From an uncultured archaeon (GTDB lineage Archaea > Iainarchaeota > Iainarchaeia > Iainarchaeales > JAAZKV01): a stretch of 32,000 nucleotides of DNA. The notes under the pieces are model-generated. The model did no database searches. It was not told the origin of the DNA and was given only the letters and a program-made list of their open reading frames with translations. The DNA is taken from positions 630,001 to 662,000 of the forward strand of contig CAZKBG010000001.1 in the NCBI GenBank assembly GCA_964551375.1, written 5' to 3'. The position numbers were made by a program, and so were the translations under genes. Positions 15,320 through 23,847 of this stretch are shown in pieces (the first letter of the stretch is position 1; every line of letters begins with the position of its first letter).

Positions 15320-17071
15320 ATGAATTCAAAGAAAAGAATCGCAGTAATTGACTACGAGTCATGCAATTATGACAACTGCGGAAATTACCTTTGCGAGAAA
15401 GTATGCCCTGTAAACAGAACTGGAAAGAAATGCATAGTGCACGAGCCGCTCCAAAAGCCGATAATTTCAGAAGAACAATGCATTGGATGCGAAATATGCC
15501 AAAACAGATGCCCTTTTCGCGCAATAAGCATTGTAAATATAGCGTTTAACCTTGACGAGCCGATACACTCATTTGGAAAAAATCAATTTAGATTACACGG
15601 ACTTCCAATTCCAAAAGAAAAATCAGTGCTTGGAATAGTTGGAAGAAACGGAATAGGAAAAACAACAATAATGAAAATACTCTCGGGCGCAATAATACCA
15701 AATTTCGGGCAAAAAGAAGCAAGCAAAGACAAAGTGATTGAATTTTACAGAGGAAAAGAAGCCCAGGGATTTTTCAAAAAGGTTTATGGAAAGGGAATAA
15801 AAATTGCAACAAAACCCCAGAATATTGAATCAATAAAACCTGAAGGCACGGTAATCCAATTACTTGCAAAAATTGCAGGCGCAGAGAAAGCAATTGAAGC
15901 GGCAAAAGCGCTTAACATTGAAGGAATACTTGACAGAGACGCTTCAAAACTATCAGGCGGAGAATTTCAAAAAGTCGCAATTGCAGCAACCGGATTAAAA
16001 GAAGCTGAAGTTTATTTCTTTGATGAACCAAGCTCATTTTTGGATATACGCGAAAGACTAAGAGCTGCCAAATATATCCGAAGCATTGCAGAAAGAGCAA
16101 GCGTGCTTGTTGTAGAACATGACTTAGTTCTCCTTGATTACTTATCCGATTATGTGAACTTAATGTACGGAAAACCAAGAGTATACGGATTCAGCTCGCA
16201 GATAAAAACAACAAGGGAAGGAATCAATATTTACCTTGAAGGGTATTCCAAAGACGAAAATTACCGATTCCGAGATTATGAAATTGACTTTTTCACACAC
16301 CAGAGAAAAGAAAAGAAAGAGCGAAAAGACACTATCATCAACTGGCCGGATATTACTAAAAAACTTGGAACATTTAATTTAGAAGTTAATGCAAACACTG
16401 TTAAAAGAAACGAAATCATAGGAGTAGTTGGGCCTAATGGAATAGGAAAAACAACTTTTATGAAAATACTTGCGGGGGAATTAACTCCAGACAATACAAA
16501 ACTTGAAAACAAAGTTAAATTTTCATATAAACCGCAGTACATTTCATACACTGGAGAAAAAACCGTTTCAGAACTATTTGAAGCAGGAGTAATTCCTGAA
16601 ATAAGACAAAGCGTGCTCCGCCCTCTTGAACTTGAAGAACTTTTGGAGAAAAAAGCAAAACACTTATCAGGCGGAGAAATGCAGAGAATAGCAATCGCGA
16701 TATGCTTGAGCAAAAAAGCTGATCTTTACCTTCTTGACGAGCCAAGCGCAAACCTTGATGTTGAACAAAGAATTGCAGTGGGAAAGGCGATTAAAAATCA
16801 CATTGATATTACTGACTGCTCCGCAATGGTAATTGACCACGATTTGACATTTGTTGATTACTTAAGCGACAAAATAATGGTGTTCAACGGAGAAAGCGCC
16901 AAAAACGGAATTGCTGAAGGGCCGTTTGATGTTGAAGACGGAATGAATATGCTTCTAAAAAACCTTGATATTACAGTAAGACGAGACAAGGACTCAAAAA
17001 GACCAAGAATTAATAAACATGATTCAGTTCTTGACAGGGAACAAAAGCAAGAAGGAAAATATTATTACTAA
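15320..17071 (+). CDS. abce1: ABCE1 / RNase L inhibitor (ribosome recycling ATPase)
   Basis: N-terminal double 4Fe-4S Cys clusters (CNYDNCGNYLCEKVCP, CIGCEICQNRCP). Two NBDs (GRNGIGKTT, GPNGIGKTT) carry LSGGE signatures. Confidence 0.95.
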   Translation: MNSKKRIAVIDYESCNYDNCGNYLCEKVCPVNRTGKKCIVHEPLQKPIISEEQCIGCEICQNRCPFRAISIVNIAFNLDEPIHSFGKNQFRLHGLPIPKEKSVLGIVGRNGIGKTTIMKILSGAIIPNFGQKEASKDKVIEFYRGKEAQGFFKKVYGKGIKIATKPQNIESIKPEGTVIQLLAKIAGAEKAIEAAKALNIEGILDRDASKLSGGEFQKVAIAATGLKEAEVYFFDEPSSFLDIRERLRAAKYIRSIAERASVLVVEHDLVLLDYLSDYVNLMYGKPRVYGFSSQIKTTREGINIYLEGYSKDENYRFRDYEIDFFTHQRKEKKERKDTIINWPDITKKLGTFNLEVNANTVKRNEIIGVVGPNGIGKTTFMKILAGELTPDNTKLENKVKFSYKPQYISYTGEKTVSELFEAGVIPEIRQSVLRPLELEELLEKKAKHLSGGEMQRIAIAICLSKKADLYLLDEPSANLDVEQRIAVGKAIKNHIDITDCSAMVIDHDLTFVDYLSDKIMVFNGESAKNGIAEGPFDVEDGMNMLLKNLDITVRRDKDSKRPRINKHDSVLDREQKQEGKYYY

Positions 17072-17093
17072 AAACAGGTTTTTTAAATTAAGC

Positions 17094-17516
17094 CTAATCA
17101 AAAAGAGCCTTTTTTGAAATCGGTGCAAGAGAAGAAGGGACAATTTCATTTTTTGGAATAAAAATAATCGCTGAATGATCCCCGCTTAATTTTATTTTCC
17201 CATCAATGCCGCACAAATAAACAGTTAAACAAACATTTGACTTTTTACCGCGAAAAACAGAAGAAAAAGAAACCTGCTTTAATAGTTTAATTGAAGAACA
17301 ACCGCAGTCAGTCTCCTCAAGAACTTCCCTTTTAATGGTATCAAGAGGAGTTTCCCCGGGCTCTGATTTCCCGCCAGGAAGCTGCCATTTATTCACATAC
17401 AAATCATTTGCCTTGCTTCGCTTAAGAAGAAGAACTCCGTTGCCGGTTTCAATTATGGCTTCAGAAATGCAAATTTGACTCTTTTTGGCACCATTTGGCA
17501 ATTTGGCTTTAGGCAT
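17094..17516 (-). CDS. Nudix hydrolase
   Basis: Nudix box GGKSEPGETPLDTIKREVLEETD (Gx5Ex7REUxEE). Confidence 0.85.
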   Translation of the reverse strand: MPKAKLPNGAKKSQICISEAIIETGNGVLLLKRSKANDLYVNKWQLPGGKSEPGETPLDTIKREVLEETDCGCSSIKLLKQVSFSSVFRGKKSNVCLTVYLCGIDGKIKLSGDHSAIIFIPKNEIVPSSLAPISKKALFD

Positions 17517-17535
17517 GCATTAATGAGGGTTAAAA

Positions 17536-17545
17536 TGAATTTAAA
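17536..17545 (+). promoter_or_regulatory. TATA-like box about 28 nt upstream of the pelota ATG
   Basis: TGAATTTAAA is centred about 28 nt before ATG 17570, with no SD. The same 10-mer recurs at 19039. Confidence 0.3.
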
Positions 17546-17569
17546 ACAATATCCCGCTGAAAAATAATT

Positions 17570-18601
17570 ATGAAAGTGCTGAAAATTGACCGCAAAACAG
17601 GCGAAATAACCTGCATCCCTGAAAATATGGATGACTTGTGGCACCTTGAAAAAATTACTGATAAGAACGATACAGCCTACGGCACAACGGACAGAAAAAT
17701 AAAGCCTTCAAAAGAAGGCGAAAAAACAATCCGGCAAAAGATATTTGTGGAACTTAATATCAGCGATGTTCACTTCACTGAATACAGTGAAAATTTAAAA
17801 ATCAACGGAACAATCATCGGCGGACACCCAGAAGAGTTTATTGAACTCAAAAGCCACCAAAGCATAGAAATCAAAATAGGGGATAAGTTCAAAATCACAA
17901 AGCCTGAAATCAAGCAGTGGCAGATTGACCGATTGAGAAAAGCCGAAAGCGAGAGCGCAAGCGCAAAAATGCTTGTAATTCTGCTTGATGATGAAGAAGC
18001 CGAACTGGCATTTGTAAACCAGTTCTCCATTAATAAAAAAGCTTCAATTAAAGAAAAGAGAAAGGGGAAGAGATTTGAAACGGAAAAGAGCGACTATTTT
18101 GAATTGATATTTGAAAAAATCAGCGGACTAGCGCCGAAGAAAATACTTCTTGCAGGGCCGGGATTTACAAAGGACAATTTAAAGAAATTTATTGATGACA
18201 AAAAAATTAAGGGCTTCCCGCAGGTCATGACTGAAAGCGTCTCTTCAGTCGGCGAAGCAGGATTTAGGGAATTAATCTCGCAGGGAAAACTCAGCGGAAT
18301 TGAAAAACAATTACAGATGACTAAAGAATCAAAATCAATTGAAGAATTCCTTTTTGCGTTATCAAAAGGAAAAGCTGAATACGGCCCAGCAAAAGTGGCT
18401 GAAGCAATCAAAATGGGCGCGGTGGGAAAGCTGATACTTAGCGAAACTTATTTACTGCAGAACAGAAAAGAAGCCGAAAGCGTGCTTGACAGCGCTGAAG
18501 CGATAAAATGCGAAACTGAAATAATTTCATCCAAAAATCCGCAGGAAAAAAACATAAACGGATTTGGCGGAATAGTTGCAATACTAAGATACAAACTTTG
18601 A
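17570..18601 (+). CDS. pelA: Pelota (aPelota/Dom34, ribosome rescue factor)
   Basis: 343 aa. The N-terminus MKVLKIDRKTGEITCIPENMDDLWHLEKI is typical of the family, and the eRF1-like domain organisation continues through the C-terminus. Confidence 0.9.
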   Translation: MKVLKIDRKTGEITCIPENMDDLWHLEKITDKNDTAYGTTDRKIKPSKEGEKTIRQKIFVELNISDVHFTEYSENLKINGTIIGGHPEEFIELKSHQSIEIKIGDKFKITKPEIKQWQIDRLRKAESESASAKMLVILLDDEEAELAFVNQFSINKKASIKEKRKGKRFETEKSDYFELIFEKISGLAPKKILLAGPGFTKDNLKKFIDDKKIKGFPQVMTESVSSVGEAGFRELISQGKLSGIEKQLQMTKESKSIEEFLFALSKGKAEYGPAKVAEAIKMGAVGKLILSETYLLQNRKEAESVLDSAEAIKCETEIISSKNPQEKNINGFGGIVAILRYKL

Positions 18602-18642
18602 AAATGCGCCACAAAAAAGCCAAACTTGAATTTAATAATTAA

Positions 18643-19002
18643 TTAATCAGCTCTTAATTCAAACCATTCAACTTTCTTTTTTTCAACTAAATCGCGAACT
18701 TTCTTTTGAGCGTCATTAAGCGAACTTTTATTTGATTTGAACTCAACAAAAACAATTTTATCATCTTCAAAGCTTATTCCGTCAATTGGCTTTCCAATAA
18801 AACGAAAATTCTGCGAATTATAAGGAAACTTTGAAGAAAACGGAATCCACTGCTCTGTGAGCTGGCCGTATTTAACGCTTTGAGAAGCTTTTGAAAAAGC
18901 AAGTTGAGAATACCTTGACTTAAGATCGAAGAAAAAATAAAGCGCAATAACAAGCGCAATAATAAGGATTAGAATTGCCGCACCAAAGTATAATTCAAAC
19001 AA
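18643..19002 (-). CDS. membrane-anchored endonuclease distantly related to archaeal Holliday junction resolvase (COG4741-like)
   Basis: N-terminal TM helix (GAAILILIIALVIALYFFF), then a nuclease-like core FRFIGKPIDGISFEDDKIVFVEFKSNKSSLNDAQKKV (D...E-x-K pattern). Confidence 0.5.
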   Translation of the reverse strand: MFELYFGAAILILIIALVIALYFFFDLKSRYSQLAFSKASQSVKYGQLTEQWIPFSSKFPYNSQNFRFIGKPIDGISFEDDKIVFVEFKSNKSSLNDAQKKVRDLVEKKKVEWFELRAD

Positions 19003-19097
19003 TTAATCACCAATTATCAAACAGAACAAGAGAAACTTTGAATTTAAATCTTAGCCATGCAAATTACCGCTGAAAAATAATGAATTATGCGGCAAAA

Positions 19098-20684
19098 TCA
19101 AATTTTCTTTGACATATAGGGCCCATCTTTTTTATAATCAAAATTGTTTTTATAATACTCCTTAACGCCAAGCCCTGAAATAACTGTAAGCTTATCTGCC
19201 CCAAATCTCTCTTTTGCAATTTTTTCAGCCTCAAGCATAAGCTGTTTTCCCAAACCCTTATGCTGGGCGCTGTCAATAGAATGCGCGCCAAGCGAAAGAC
19301 CTTTGCCGTAAACATGAAGCTCCCTTATAAGAGCTGTTTTTGAAGTAATCTGAGGCATAAACGCAGAGGCTGGATTTCTTAATCTCAAAAATCCAAATAA
19401 AGCATCCTTTGATTCAAAAGAAATAAATGCCTCCTCCTCTTCGCTTGCATCATAATATTCAACCTTAAGCTTTGGATTCAAATCAACAACCTGATTCTCC
19501 CTTGTCATGATTCCAACCTCGCGGCACCTGATGCAATTACACTTCTTGCCGTGCTTTTTGAGCTCTTTTTCAACAAGCTGACGCAAATTAGTCTTCATAA
19601 CGCCTGCGCTAATTACAGTGCTTGGAATATCCCTATTAACCCTCATTACCCTTACCCACTTTGGAACAGTGGATTTTATTTCTGCAAGAAGCTTTGCAGC
19701 AGATATTTCATCCATGGGCTTAAAATCCCCATTTTTCCAATCATCATAAACTTTTGTTCCCTTAATTACAAGACAGGGATAAAATTTTACCATATCTGGC
19801 TTAAACTCAGGATTTGAAAAAATTGATTTAAAATTTTTTAAGTCATTTTTATAAGAACTCCCAGGAAGTCCCGGCATTAAATGATACAAAACCTTAAACG
19901 CAGAATCTTTTAGAAGCGCGGTTGAAGTTACTACATCCTCAACAGAATGCCCCCTGCAAACTTTTTTGTACACTTTATTATCAGGATTTTGCACTCCTAA
20001 TTCAACCCTTGTTCCGCCAAGGTTTAGCATTTTTTTAATATCATTTTTATTGCAAATATCAGGGCGGGTTTCAAAAGTAATTCCAACAACTCTTCGCTTT
20101 GATTTTTCCGCCAAGAGCTTTGCCTGCGAAAGAGAGGAAGTTTTTCTCCCAAGCACTCCATCAAGACTTTTCTTTACAATACTTTCTTGTTTTTGTTTTG
20201 AAAGACACGTAAAAGAACTTCCCTGAAAAATTAACTCAATCTTTTCAGCATTATTTCCAGTAATATCAAGCTGATGAACCCTATTTGCAACAATTTCATA
20301 AGGATCATAATTAAGCCTCTGCGCCCTCAGAGCAGAAGGCTCAAAACCAGTGTAAGATTTTGGCGCGTCATTGCCGTCAAACGCTGACGGACAATAAGTG
20401 CATTTCCCAGGACAGGCAAAAGGAGGAAGCATCACCGCAACAACCTGAACTCCTGAAATGCTCCTTGTAGGCTTGACTGAAAGAAGGGAAAGAACTTTCT
20501 TTGACGGATTCTTTGAATTTGAAAGAATGAAAGGATGCGGAGGCATTTCACTTAACCTCAGCTCTTTGCTCCAAAAAAACTGGCGCTGATTTAAGTCTTT
20601 TTCATTATTAATGACGCCTGACTCAATCTCTTTTAAAATCGAGACGGCAAACTTCTTTTCAGCGGCTGAAAATAACTTACGCAT
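19098..20684 (-). CDS. elp3: Elp3-family radical SAM / GNAT acetyltransferase (tRNA wobble-uridine modification)
   Basis: 528 aa with radical-SAM CPGKCTYC (Cx3Cx2C) and a C-terminal GNAT motif QHKGLGKQLM. Confidence 0.93.
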   Translation of the reverse strand: MRKLFSAAEKKFAVSILKEIESGVINNEKDLNQRQFFWSKELRLSEMPPHPFILSNSKNPSKKVLSLLSVKPTRSISGVQVVAVMLPPFACPGKCTYCPSAFDGNDAPKSYTGFEPSALRAQRLNYDPYEIVANRVHQLDITGNNAEKIELIFQGSSFTCLSKQKQESIVKKSLDGVLGRKTSSLSQAKLLAEKSKRRVVGITFETRPDICNKNDIKKMLNLGGTRVELGVQNPDNKVYKKVCRGHSVEDVVTSTALLKDSAFKVLYHLMPGLPGSSYKNDLKNFKSIFSNPEFKPDMVKFYPCLVIKGTKVYDDWKNGDFKPMDEISAAKLLAEIKSTVPKWVRVMRVNRDIPSTVISAGVMKTNLRQLVEKELKKHGKKCNCIRCREVGIMTRENQVVDLNPKLKVEYYDASEEEEAFISFESKDALFGFLRLRNPASAFMPQITSKTALIRELHVYGKGLSLGAHSIDSAQHKGLGKQLMLEAEKIAKERFGADKLTVISGLGVKEYYKNNFDYKKDGPYMSKKI

Positions 20685-20719
20685 AAAATAAGATTAATAT
20701 GCTCAAATTAAAATAGGAA

Positions 20720-21514
20720 CTATTTGAACACAACAGCAAGTATTCCGTCTATAAAATAACTTGGAAGAAGAGAAAATGAAAAGAAAGGAAATCCCTCAGT
20801 AACAGCTGAAAACTTGCTTGTAATTGTAGGCTTTGCATCAACTTCGTAGGAGAAAACATTCGAAGTGTTTTCATAATCAACTTTAACCTTAAACTCTTTC
20901 TTTCCCTGCATTCTTGGATAAACTACTAAAGTTTCTTCTAAATTCTGTCTTTTTGGAACAACAACTCTTTTTGTAACTTTATCCTTTAAAGAAGCATTAG
21001 CCTGCTCCCAGTCAGCCCTCAAATCAGTTGAAACATCAAAAACAGCCTCTGAATCAGTATTGTTAACAAAGAATAATTTATACTCCACGCTTTTTCCAAC
21101 AACAGTTTCCTGAACAGCAGCGCTTGCTGGAGAAACATTTGTTGAGCCGGAAATTACCGAAAACATAACGCTAAAATCATCAACCCTATTTGCTCCGGAA
21201 AGCTTCAAAGACAAAGGATAATCGCCAATAACTGCATCAGCAGGAACTGAAACAAAAAGCTTTATTGATTCCCTTTCAACCCTGACATCAGACCGAAATC
21301 CTTCAGGAAGAATTGAAACAACATCAAGCTTCTCATACTTGTCAGTTAATTCTTTTGAAAAAATAAGCTCAAGAGTTCCGCCAGGAGAAACAGTTCCTAC
21401 AAAATTCTCGCCAGTGAGAGTAATTTCCTTTGAAAGAGGATCAATTAACCTTACTGAAAAAGCGCTTGAAGCCAAAATTAAAACTACAAGCAAAATGAAT
21501 GCTTTTTTAAACAT
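20720..21514 (-). CDS. secreted/cell-surface hypothetical protein
   Basis: N-terminal signal-like segment MFKKAFILLVVLILASSAFS, a beta-rich body and a hydrophobic C-terminal segment. No family recognised. Confidence 0.4.
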   Translation of the reverse strand: MFKKAFILLVVLILASSAFSVRLIDPLSKEITLTGENFVGTVSPGGTLELIFSKELTDKYEKLDVVSILPEGFRSDVRVERESIKLFVSVPADAVIGDYPLSLKLSGANRVDDFSVMFSVISGSTNVSPASAAVQETVVGKSVEYKLFFVNNTDSEAVFDVSTDLRADWEQANASLKDKVTKRVVVPKRQNLEETLVVYPRMQGKKEFKVKVDYENTSNVFSYEVDAKPTITSKFSAVTEGFPFFSFSLLPSYFIDGILAVVFK

Positions 21515-21562
21515 ACTAAATCAAACAAATACTTAAAGGAATAGAATAAAAAGGTTATTCTT

Positions 21563-22210
21563 GTGGATAAAAAAAAGCCAATTGACAAAAGAAAAGAGCT
21601 TGCAGCCTCGCAGAACCAAACAATTGACGAAATAACGCGATTTGACATGATAAAAAAGCGCCACAAAGAGACTTATGAAGAAGCGAAGAAAATAGGCAGA
21701 ATGGACGCTGATTTTATCCCGCTCTGCGATTACATAATAAAAACCAAAAATTACTTCACAAGCAGCTCATGCGCCGGAAGAATAGCATTAATTTCACTTG
21801 GAGAAGAAGAAACAAAAATGGAAAGCGCATTTTACAGAAAATGGCACAGAAAAGTAACTGAAAACGAAGTGCTTGAAGCAATAAAAGAATTCAAGGGCAA
21901 AGTGATTTACTTCAAACAGGAACCTCTAATTCTGCACCTTGGAACTAATACTATTGAAAACGCGAGAAAGATTCTTGAGCTCTGCGAAAAAGCAGGAATC
22001 AAAAGAGCCGGAATTAAAGTCGCAAAAGAAGGAAAATTTATTGTAGAAATGCTTGGAACACAAAGCATCACCGCGCCTGTGAAGGATGCTGCAATTACCG
22101 CAAGCGAAGAATATGTTAAATATTTAGTAAAAAAAGGGAATGAGAAATTTGAGAAAAACCAAGCGCTTATACTAAAGCTACACGCGCTTGCAAAGAAAAT
22201 GCTAAAGTGA
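21563..22210 (+). CDS. taw3: tRNA wybutosine-synthesis methyltransferase Taw3 (TYW3 family)
   Basis: Family-typical D..FIPLCDYI....NYFTSSSCAGRIALI motif. The GTG start is taken from the track, so the true start is uncertain. Confidence 0.75.
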   Translation: MDKKKPIDKRKELAASQNQTIDEITRFDMIKKRHKETYEEAKKIGRMDADFIPLCDYIIKTKNYFTSSSCAGRIALISLGEEETKMESAFYRKWHRKVTENEVLEAIKEFKGKVIYFKQEPLILHLGTNTIENARKILELCEKAGIKRAGIKVAKEGKFIVEMLGTQSITAPVKDAAITASEEYVKYLVKKGNEKFEKNQALILKLHALAKKMLK

Positions 22211-22257
22211 AATAAAAAAAAAAGTATTTTGAGATTAGAATTTAAAATTAAAACTAA

Positions 22258-23787
22258 TTAGTCAAGCTCGTTAATTGTTGACAACACTTTGTCAGGATTG
22301 TAATAATAACTCTCAATAACTTCCAAAACTTCCATCGGCTTTCTAATTCCCTGGCGAATCATCCACTCAAGAATCCCCTTTCTTACTTTTATTTCATTAC
22401 TTATATCAGTTCGATTCATTGAATTCCTTGAAGCAATTTCCTCAACAACAGCCCCCGCAAGCTCAGTCCGTTTTAATGAATCGCTCTTATCATCATACTC
22501 AAACAAAGTCCCGAATAGAACTTTATCTTCCATTCTTGAAAGCTCGACAATCTGCATAATTCTTCTCTGCGCTCCAATATCTTTCATATGCCTTCTCTGC
22601 ATAACTACAATAATATCCAGAAGAGGAAGCATTGCTTGAGGAACTGAAAGAGGACGCTCCTGAAGTTTTAGAATAGTTTCTCTTGCATTATTTGAATGAA
22701 TTGTGCCCAAACACCCCTGATGTCCTGTATCCATCGCTGTAAAAAGAGTCAAAGCTTCAGGACCCCTAACTTCTCCCACAATAATTCTATCAGGACGCAT
22801 TCTCATCGCGTTTCTCAAAAGCGCATCCATAGTAACTTCGCTTGAAACACTGCTTCTTGCTTCAAGCGGAACCCAATTATCCCTTCCAAGAAGAGCAAGC
22901 TCAATTGTATCCTCAATTGAAACAATTCTTTCATTTAACCTGATAAAATGAGACATGATATTTAGAAAAGTTGTTTTACCGCTTGCCGTTCCGCCCGCGA
23001 TTAAAATATTTTGCGGAGAATTTCCAAACCCATCAACCATCAGCCACAAAAAAGCAGCCGCTTCGGAAGAAATAGTATTTGATTCAATAAGATCAAGAAT
23101 TGTTAGAGGAATTGAAGAAAATTTTCTCACAGTAAGAGTTCCGCCAACAGGGGAAAGCTCGCTTAAAGTCGCATTCACACGGCTCCCGTCAGGAAGACGA
23201 GCATCAAGAAGAGGGTTTTTTGAATTAAAATCCTTCCCGATTGTAAGGGCAACTCTTTGAACAATATCAGACAAATCCTTATTTCCAAGAACTACATTAG
23301 TCTTGCACATCCCAAAACGCTTATGAAAAACAAAAACCTTGTCGTTGGAATTAACCATCAACTCTTCAAGATTATCATCCCTTGAAAAAAAAGAAAGCTT
23401 TCTAAGCCCGATAGAATTATGAAGAACAAACTCAGCAAAGGCTTTCTTTTCCTTGACAAACTTTATTTTTTCAAGAATCTTCTCAAAAGAAACAGAAAGA
23501 AACGCAAACTCGCTCTTTGAAGGAAGCTTTTCATTCAAGCGGTTAACCTGAACAAACGAAACCACCGTGTCATAAAAAGCATCGTTAAAATCTTCCCCCA
23601 CCCCTTCAAATCCTTTCTTAAAAAGAGACTCCTTATTTATCTCCTTCTCCAAAAAATCGGCAAAATCAAACTCTTTTCCAGAAAAAGCAGGCTTCTTTAC
23701 TTCATAAAAATTATTTGACAAACCCTGCTCAATATCCGCAAAATCAGTGGAATCAATCTTCTTCATCCTAAAGTCAGTGAACTTCAT
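22258..23787 (-). CDS. second FlaI/VirB11-family secretion ATPase (orphan paralog)
   Basis: Walker A GGTASGKTTFLN, RPDRIIVGEVR, GHQGCLGTIHSN and LLDARLPDGSRVNA. It is collinear with the 3876 ATPase core but has a different N-terminal domain. Confidence 0.88.
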   Translation of the reverse strand: MKFTDFRMKKIDSTDFADIEQGLSNNFYEVKKPAFSGKEFDFADFLEKEINKESLFKKGFEGVGEDFNDAFYDTVVSFVQVNRLNEKLPSKSEFAFLSVSFEKILEKIKFVKEKKAFAEFVLHNSIGLRKLSFFSRDDNLEELMVNSNDKVFVFHKRFGMCKTNVVLGNKDLSDIVQRVALTIGKDFNSKNPLLDARLPDGSRVNATLSELSPVGGTLTVRKFSSIPLTILDLIESNTISSEAAAFLWLMVDGFGNSPQNILIAGGTASGKTTFLNIMSHFIRLNERIVSIEDTIELALLGRDNWVPLEARSSVSSEVTMDALLRNAMRMRPDRIIVGEVRGPEALTLFTAMDTGHQGCLGTIHSNNARETILKLQERPLSVPQAMLPLLDIIVVMQRRHMKDIGAQRRIMQIVELSRMEDKVLFGTLFEYDDKSDSLKRTELAGAVVEEIASRNSMNRTDISNEIKVRKGILEWMIRQGIRKPMEVLEVIESYYYNPDKVLSTINELD

Positions 23788-23810
23788 GCAACCACTACGG
23801 CAAAATGCAG

Positions 23811-23819
23811 ATATATAAA
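23811..23819. promoter_or_regulatory. single palindromic TATA element between divergent genes
   Basis: ATATATAAA lies about 28 nt from the minus-strand ATG (23787) and about 33 nt from the plus-strand ATG (23848). Confidence 0.3.
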
Positions 23820-23847
23820 GGAAAAGTAGTATAATAAGTTAATCAAG

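Noticed and set aside
527-16713. Many long minus-strand ORFs in the track lie antisense to the plus-strand genes. Examples are 527-910, 1855-2217, 2293-2592, 2814-3113, 3351-3761, 3900-4337, 4730-5239, 5351-5764, 6225-6704, 7033-7431, 10283-10702, 11384-11911, 11990-12526 and 16276-16713.
   Set aside because: Each is fully nested in a well-supported gene on the other strand. Their translations are S/F/L/C-rich low-complexity strings with no motifs, as expected for shadow frames of purine-rich, AT-rich coding sequence.
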